Of a DNA stretch of 64,000 nucleotides, positions 58,836-64,000 are shown one piece after another. A model generated the notes under the pieces. It was given only the letters and a program-made list of their open reading frames with translations, was not told the DNA's origin and made no database searches. Numbering within the stretch: the first letter of the stretch is position 1; every line of letters starts with the position of its first letter. Origin of the DNA: Desulfotomaculum sp. (GTDB taxonomy: Bacteria; Bacillota; Desulfotomaculia; Desulfotomaculales; Nap2-2B); NCBI GenBank assembly GCA_003485325.1, contig DMZI01000037.1:16018-80017 (forward strand), written 5' to 3'. The position numbers were made by a program, and so were the translations under genes.

Positions 58836-61649
58836 ATGGACTACAGCAAGACCCTGAATCTGCCCCGTACGGATTTCCCGATGAGGGCTAATTTGCCTGT
58901 TCGCGAACCTGAAATCCTGAAATTCTGGAATGACATAGGTATTTACCGCCTGGTCCAGCAAAAAAACACAGGACGGCCGAAGTTTATCCTCCATGACGGG
59001 CCGCCCTACGCCAACGGCCATATCCACCTCGGACATACTTTAAACAAGATCCTCAAAGACATTGTGATTAAATATCACTCCATGGTGGGCTACGACGCGC
59101 CCTATGTGCCCGGATGGGACACCCACGGGCTGCCGATAGAACAGCAGGCAATCAAAAGCCTGGGCTTAAACAGGCATTCGATCAGTACCGTGGAATTTCG
59201 CAACAAATGCAAGGAATATGCGCTCAAATTCGTTGACATTCAAAGAGACGAATTCAAACGCCTGGGGGTGCGCGGGGACTGGGACCATCCTTACCTGACG
59301 CTGATGCCCCATTATGAGGCGGCCCAGATCGGGGTTTTCGGGGAAATGGCCAGGAGGGGCTTTATTTACAAGGGTTTAAAGCCGGTCTACTGGTGCGCAG
59401 CCTGTGAGACAGCGCTTGCCGAGGCCGAAGTCGAGTACCAGGACAAGCACTCTCCCTCGATTTACGTGAGGTTTTCCGTAACCGGCGGCAAGGGCGTCCT
59501 GCCGGAAAAGGACACCTGGGTCATCATCTGGACGACGACACCCTGGACACTTATTTCAAACACTGCAATCTGCCTTCATCCCGACTACGAATATGTGCTG
59601 TTTAAGTCCGGGGACAATAAATATCTGGTTGCCAAAGAACTTCTGGAAAACTTTTGCAATACAGCGGGCTTAAACTGCGAACAGATCCTGGATGAGTTTG
59701 CAGGACGGGCTCTCGAAGGCGTCTGCTGCAGGCATCCCTTCTTCGGCAGAGATTCAAAATTGGTCCTGGATACTTATGTAACACTGGATGCAGGCACCGG
59801 ATGCGTGCATATCGCCCCGGGCCACGGCCATGAAGATTATCTTGTAGGCCTGCGATACAACCTGCCGATGCTGTCGCCGATTGACAACCACGGCATCTTC
59901 ACTGAAGAAGCCGCTCAATTTGCCGGGCTGTTCTACAGCGACGCGAACGATAAGGTCAAAGAGGAGCTTTTGCAAAGCGGACATCTGCTCAAAGAGGAAA
60001 CAATTTCACACCAGTACCCCCATTGCTGGCGCTGCAAAAAGCCGATCCTGTTCAGGGCTACCGAACAGTGGTTTGCTTCCGTGGAAGGATTCCGCCAGGA
60101 TACCCTGGATGCTATTCACGGCGTAAGGTGGATCCCCCCCTGGGGTGAAGAACGCATTTGCAATATGGTGGCCGGCAGAAGCGATTGGTGCATTTCCCGG
60201 CAGCGGACATGGGGGGTGCCGATACCAATTTTCTACTGCGCCGGCTGCGGAAAGGAAATCATCAGCAAAGACACCACCGAGCATTTGCAGAAGCTGTTCC
60301 GCTCTCATGGTTCCGACGTGTGGTTTGCCCGCGAGGCTGAGGAACTTATTCCTGAAGGTTTGTCCTGCCCCGAATGCGGCGGGACCGTGTTTAATAAAGA
60401 AAATGACATTATGGACGTCTGGTTTGACAGCGGAACCAGCCACGCAGGCGTGCTGGAACAGCCCGAAATCTGGCCGGACTTAAGATGGCCGGCTGACCTT
60501 TACCTGGAAGGAAGCGATCAGTACCGGGGATGGTTCAACAGTTCCCTGTCAACTGCAATCGCCAGCCGGGGAGAGGCGCCTTACCGGGCTGTCCTGACGC
60601 ACGGTTTCGTGGTCGACGAAAAAGGGTACAAGATGAGCAAATCCCTGGGCAACGTCGTTGACCCGATGAAAGTAATCAAGCAGATGGGAGCCGATATCCT
60701 GCGCCTGTGGGTCAGTTCGACGGACTACCGCAGCGACCTGGCGGCTTCGCCAAATATCCTGAACCAGTTGTCCGACGCTTACCGGAAAATCCGCAACACC
60801 TGCAGGTTTCTTTTAGGCAATCTTTACGACTTTTCTTTAAAAACCGACCGGGTATCCTATCATAAAATGCCCGAGATTGACCGCTGGGCTCTTTTAAAGC
60901 TCCACCAGTTAATCCAGCGCGTGCTGACAGCATACAGCAATTATGACTACCACGTCGTTTATCATGCGGCGCACGGCTTTTGCGTCCTTGACATGAGCGC
61001 GCTTTACCTGGATATTATCAAAGACCGGCTCTACACGTCGCCGGCTAATTCACTTCAGAGGCGGTCGGCGCAAACTGTTCTGCACGAAACTTTAAATGTG
61101 CTGGTGCGCCTTTTAGTACCCATCCTCGCCTTTACAAGCGAAGAAATCTGGGGCTACCTTCCCAAGGAGGAAGGAACGCCGGTCAGCGTACAGATGACCG
61201 ATCTGCCGGAAGTCAATGAAGAATACCTGGATATCGAACTGGGCAAAAAGTGGGAAAAGCTTCTGGAAGTCCGGGAGGAAGCGACCCGTATCCTCGAGCA
61301 GGCGAGAAGGGACAAATTAATCGGCAACTCCCTTGAAGCGGCGGTTGACTTATATGCTGCGGGTGAACTTTTTGATTTCCTGCGGGATTCAGCGGAAGAG
61401 CTTTCCACCCTTTTTATAGTCTCCTCGGTAAAACTGCATCGCGCGTCTCAGGAGGACATCTTAAGCCCTGCGGCGGTAAACGGCCTGGCCGTAAAGGTCC
61501 GGCGGGCGCATGGCGAAAAATGTGAAAGATGCTGGATGTACCATGAAGATGTAGGAAAGAACGCCGCGTACCCGACACTGTGCCCGCGCTGTTCGGAAAC
61601 AGTCAGCAATATGGTAATGCCCGGCACGGAGCACTTGAGCGAACCGTGA
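58836..61649 (+). CDS. ileS: isoleucine--tRNA ligase (type 1, C-terminal zinc finger)
   Basis: HIGH motif PYANGHIHLGH, KMSKS motif YKMSKSLGN, a CP1 editing domain and C-terminal CERC...CPRC. ATG 58836 follows GAGGTG. About the last 20 codons overlap repeat copy D. Confidence 0.95.
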   Translation: MDYSKTLNLPRTDFPMRANLPVREPEILKFWNDIGIYRLVQQKNTGRPKFILHDGPPYANGHIHLGHTLNKILKDIVIKYHSMVGYDAPYVPGWDTHGLPIEQQAIKSLGLNRHSISTVEFRNKCKEYALKFVDIQRDEFKRLGVRGDWDHPYLTLMPHYEAAQIGVFGEMARRGFIYKGLKPVYWCAACETALAEAEVEYQDKHSPSIYVRFSVTGGKGVLPEKDTWVIIWTTTPWTLISNTAICLHPDYEYVLFKSGDNKYLVAKELLENFCNTAGLNCEQILDEFAGRALEGVCCRHPFFGRDSKLVLDTYVTLDAGTGCVHIAPGHGHEDYLVGLRYNLPMLSPIDNHGIFTEEAAQFAGLFYSDANDKVKEELLQSGHLLKEETISHQYPHCWRCKKPILFRATEQWFASVEGFRQDTLDAIHGVRWIPPWGEERICNMVAGRSDWCISRQRTWGVPIPIFYCAGCGKEIISKDTTEHLQKLFRSHGSDVWFAREAEELIPEGLSCPECGGTVFNKENDIMDVWFDSGTSHAGVLEQPEIWPDLRWPADLYLEGSDQYRGWFNSSLSTAIASRGEAPYRAVLTHGFVVDEKGYKMSKSLGNVVDPMKVIKQMGADILRLWVSSTDYRSDLAASPNILNQLSDAYRKIRNTCRFLLGNLYDFSLKTDRVSYHKMPEIDRWALLKLHQLIQRVLTAYSNYDYHVVYHAAHGFCVLDMSALYLDIIKDRLYTSPANSLQRRSAQTVLHETLNVLVRLLVPILAFTSEEIWGYLPKEEGTPVSVQMTDLPEVNEEYLDIELGKKWEKLLEVREEATRILEQARRDKLIGNSLEAAVDLYAAGELFDFLRDSAEELSTLFIVSSVKLHRASQEDILSPAAVNGLAVKVRRAHGEKCERCWMYHEDVGKNAAYPTLCPRCSETVSNMVMPGTEHLSEP

Positions 61650-61718
61650 CAACGACGGCATGAGGTGAACATGAGCACATAGGCAGTTGTCCTCCCTAAT
61701 GCAAATTAATTTTCAGGA
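61600..61718 (-). repeat. mosaic repeat, copy D (inverted; 57-nt head + B/D-type tail)
   Basis: The head is the reverse complement of 61662-61718, with 4 mismatches. The tail CCGTCGTTGTCACGGTTCGCTCAAGTGCTCCGTGCCGGG extends into the ileS 3' end. The left boundary is approximate. Confidence 0.8.
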
Positions 61719-61736
61719 CGGAGAGTGAACTTAATA

Positions 61737-62300
61737 ATGAAAGACGCCGTAATAGTAGTTGACATGCTCAAGGATAATATCAAAACCGATCTTCATACCG
61801 GAATCAGCGGGCAGGCCAAGACAATTATTCCGAACATCCAAAAGATGCTGGAGAAAGCCCGCGAAAAAGGGCTGATGGTCGTTTTTGCCTGCGACAGTTT
61901 TTACCCGACGGATAATTTGTTTCTGGGAGGAAAGATGAAGCCTCACGCCCTCCGGGGGACCCCGGGCGTAGAAGTGATTGACGAACTCAAACCGCTCAAG
62001 GGTGACATTGTTTTAGAAAAACGGCGGATGAGTTCTTTCTTTAAAACCGACCTGGATATTACCCTGCGGGACAATGGCGTGGAAAGGGTTGCGGTAGCGG
62101 GGATAACCACTCCGTACTGCGTCCTGCTGACGGCCTTCGACGCCTTTGCCAACGGTTTTAAAAGCGTTATCCTGGAAGACTGCTGCACAGCCTATCCTCT
62201 TGCCGGCCACGACGCGTGCGTAAACACGTACAGGAAGAGCCCTTTAGGGGAATATTTTAAAATCCTGAAGTGGGAAGAATATCTTTCATTGGTTGAATAA
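61737..62300 (+). CDS. isochorismatase-family cysteine hydrolase
   Basis: AVIVVDMLKD...LEKRRMSSFFKTDLD...VAVAGITTPYCVLLTAFDA carries the catalytic Asp, Lys and Cys pattern. Confidence 0.75.
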   Translation: MKDAVIVVDMLKDNIKTDLHTGISGQAKTIIPNIQKMLEKAREKGLMVVFACDSFYPTDNLFLGGKMKPHALRGTPGVEVIDELKPLKGDIVLEKRRMSSFFKTDLDITLRDNGVERVAVAGITTPYCVLLTAFDAFANGFKSVILEDCCTAYPLAGHDACVNTYRKSPLGEYFKILKWEEYLSLVE

Positions 62301-62320
62301 AGCAGGGTTCTTAACGGGAG

Positions 62321-62617
62321 TCAGATTCCCTCCCGGGAAAGAATTTCCTTGAACTGGGAATCCGTTAAGCCTGATATCTTAACCTGTTTGTGGCGATTGG
62401 CCAATCCGCTGATAATTTTCACCCTCGATTTGGAGATGCCCAGCTTTTCCGCCAGGAAAACCCGGCAGGCTTCGTTAGCTTCCCCTTCAACGGGCGCCGC
62501 GCTTAAACGAACTTTTAAAGCATCCTGGAAATAACCCGCCAGTTCATTTTTTGCCGACCGGGGCTGGACATAAATTTTGACAATCAAGTCATTGCCGTCA
62601 TAACGCAGCTTGAGCAT
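62321..62617 (-). CDS. DUF167 (YggU-family) protein
   Basis: IVKIYVQPRSAKNEL...APVEGEANEACRVFLAEKLGISKSRVKIISGLANRHKQVKI. The Met at 62617 fits the family length. Confidence 0.8.
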   Translation of the reverse strand: MLKLRYDGNDLIVKIYVQPRSAKNELAGYFQDALKVRLSAAPVEGEANEACRVFLAEKLGISKSRVKIISGLANRHKQVKISGLTDSQFKEILSREGI

Positions 62618-62642
62618 TTGTATAAACGCTTTCAGGTATTTT

Positions 62643-63410
62643 TTATTTTTCCGCGGCAATCAAGGCTGCCCCGTATGCCCCGACCAGTTGGGCTTTTTCC
62701 GGCACGTGGACGGCCTGTCCAAGGACACGGCTTAAGATTTCAACTACGGCGGCATTTAAGGCTACGCCGCCTGTCATGGCAATCTCCGGCTGGACATTCA
62801 AACGCAGGGCCATTCCTTCCAGGCGGTTTACAACCGCCTCAAAAAGGCCGCGGATAATTTCATCCTTGGGCTTTCCCGAAGCAAGGTGGGAGATAACTTC
62901 CGATTCGGCAAAGACTGTACAGGTGCTGCTGATGGGGACCTGCCCGGTTCCCCGCCTGGCCTGAGACACCATATCTTCCAGATCGCTTTCCAGAGCTCTG
63001 GCCATAACTTCCAAAAACCTGCCCGTACCGGCCGCGCATTTATCATTCATTACAAAGTCGACAACACGCCCCCTGGAATCAAGGCGGATTACCTTGCTAT
63101 CCTGCCCGCCCACATCAACTACCGTACGAAGTCCAGGGATAAGGCTGTACGCGCCGCGTCCATGACAGGTAATTTCCGTCACCTGCTTATCTGCAAACGG
63201 TATATTGGCCCTCCCGTAACCCGTGGTCACAATCCGGTTGACCTGTCCGGATGATATTTGAGCTTTCGCAAGAGCCTTTTCCAGTGATTCCTCCGCGCTG
63301 GCCCGGTTATTAATACCCGTGGGCGCCAGGGCGTCTCCGCTCCATAAACCGTCTGCGACGATAACAGCTTTAGTGGTTGTTGAACCGACGTCAATACCTG
63401 CAGTAATCAA
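62643..63410 (-). CDS. BadF/BadG/BcrA/BcrD-type ATPase (2-hydroxyacyl-CoA dehydratase activator-like)
   Basis: 255 aa with GIDVGSTTTKAVIV, DVGGQDSK and the cluster-ligand region NDKCAAGTGRFLE...STCTVFAESEV. Confidence 0.8.
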   Translation of the reverse strand: MITAGIDVGSTTTKAVIVADGLWSGDALAPTGINNRASAEESLEKALAKAQISSGQVNRIVTTGYGRANIPFADKQVTEITCHGRGAYSLIPGLRTVVDVGGQDSKVIRLDSRGRVVDFVMNDKCAAGTGRFLEVMARALESDLEDMVSQARRGTGQVPISSTCTVFAESEVISHLASGKPKDEIIRGLFEAVVNRLEGMALRLNVQPEIAMTGGVALNAAVVEILSRVLGQAVHVPEKAQLVGAYGAALIAAEK

Positions 63411-63439
63411 ATTTCCCTGCCCCTTTGAAAAAGAGAGAT

Positions 63440-63703
63440 CTATAATCCTATAAAATGCAAAAAAGTAATCAGTATCTTTTGGACAATTCCCAAAGCAAAA
63501 ATAGCGACTATCGGCGATATATCAATCATGCCGATGGGGGGTATGACGCGCCTGAAGATATTCAGCCACGGGTCAGTCACTTCATAGACAAATCTGATTA
63601 ACGAATTGTAAGGGTTGTGTGGAATAAAAGACAAAAAAATGCGCGCAATAATCAGCAGGTAGTAAATATAAAAAGCATTGCTGATAATTGAATCAATACT
63701 CAT
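63440..63703 (-). CDS. YggT-family membrane protein
   Basis: 87 aa with two TM helices, ...FVYEVTDPWLNIFRRVIPPIGMIDISPIVA. Confidence 0.8.
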   Translation of the reverse strand: MSIDSIISNAFYIYYLLIIARIFLSFIPHNPYNSLIRFVYEVTDPWLNIFRRVIPPIGMIDISPIVAIFALGIVQKILITFLHFIGL

Positions 63704-63712
63704 GGAACACCT

Positions 63713-64000
63713 CTATTTCAAGCTGCCGGAAATCTCCTTGGAACGCCGGGCAGCTTTGTCTACTGCCTTCATCAAGGCATAACGCAGGCCCCTTTTTTCC
63801 AGGGCCAGAAGTCCTTCAGCGGTAGTTCCCGCCGGTGAGGTTACCATATTTTTGAGCACGGCGGGATGTTCGCTTTTTTCTAAAACCATTTTTGCAGCGC
63901 CGAGCATGGTCTGGGCGCTTAAAAGAAGAGATACGTCCCTGGACATGCCCGCCCTGACGCCGGCGTCACAGAGCGCTTCCAGGATCAGAAACATATAGGC
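63713..64000 (-). CDS. proC: pyrroline-5-carboxylate reductase (C-terminal part; gene continues beyond window)
   Basis: ...LLSAQTMLGAAKMVLEKSEHPAVLKNMVTSPAGTTAEGLLALEKRGLR... is the P5CR dimerisation domain. The reading frame is open to the window end. Confidence 0.85.
   Translation of the reverse strand, partial: AYMFLILEALCDAGVRAGMSRDVSLLLSAQTMLGAAKMVLEKSEHPAVLKNMVTSPAGTTAEGLLALEKRGLRYALMKAVDKAARRSKEISGSLK

Overview
The window looks like a chromosomal segment from a spore-forming, anaerobic, Clostridia-type Firmicute. Spore genes are gpr, an alpha/beta SASP and a Spo0B-like gene in rplU-rpmA-spo0B-obg synteny. Also present are a membrane pyrophosphatase and many acyl-CoA and methylmalonyl-CoA pathway genes. 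Most of it is housekeeping: ftsK, uvrB, the ftsEX-M23-ctp-minJ-like cluster, hppA, secG, rsfS, nadD, proB, obg, rpmA, rplU, rsmD, recG, rpmB, ribDE(BA)H behind an FMN riboswitch, tRNA-Pro and tRNA-Lys, pyrF, ileS, yggT and proC. All calls come from reading the sequence and ORF translations by eye, with no database or covariance search, so RNA boundaries and start codons are approximate. Five observations stand out. (1) A ydaO-type c-di-AMP riboswitch with its own terminator sits in front of a KamA-family radical-SAM aminomutase. That enzyme's substrate-binding residues match glutamate rather than lysine 2,3-aminomutase, which suggests second-messenger control of beta-glutamate osmolyte synthesis. 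The gene lies in a roughly 6 kb AT-rich block. (2) A mosaic repeat family with a highly conserved 57-nt head has five copies within 54.0-61.7 kb and none elsewhere in the window. The copies fill whole intergenic spacers, end in CTATCC, supply the last codons of ileS and of an MFS gene, and bracket a low-GC ADP-forming acyl-CoA synthetase and a lone pyrF. (3) Four genes are disrupted. An HD-GYP gene is frameshifted by a TATCC-TATCC 5-bp duplication, the same pentamer that bounds the repeats. A pseudopilin is frameshifted in an A7 tract. A ferritin-like gene has two in-frame stops. An MFS gene survives only as an internally deleted remnant. (4) A nicotinate-PRTase-like gene is translationally coupled to ribH inside the FMN-riboswitch operon. 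(5) Several start codons need non-default calls: ribE CTG, CooT-like TTG giving Met-Cys, obg TTG and RRM GTG. I found no CRISPR array, transposase, phage gene or recognisable defence system.
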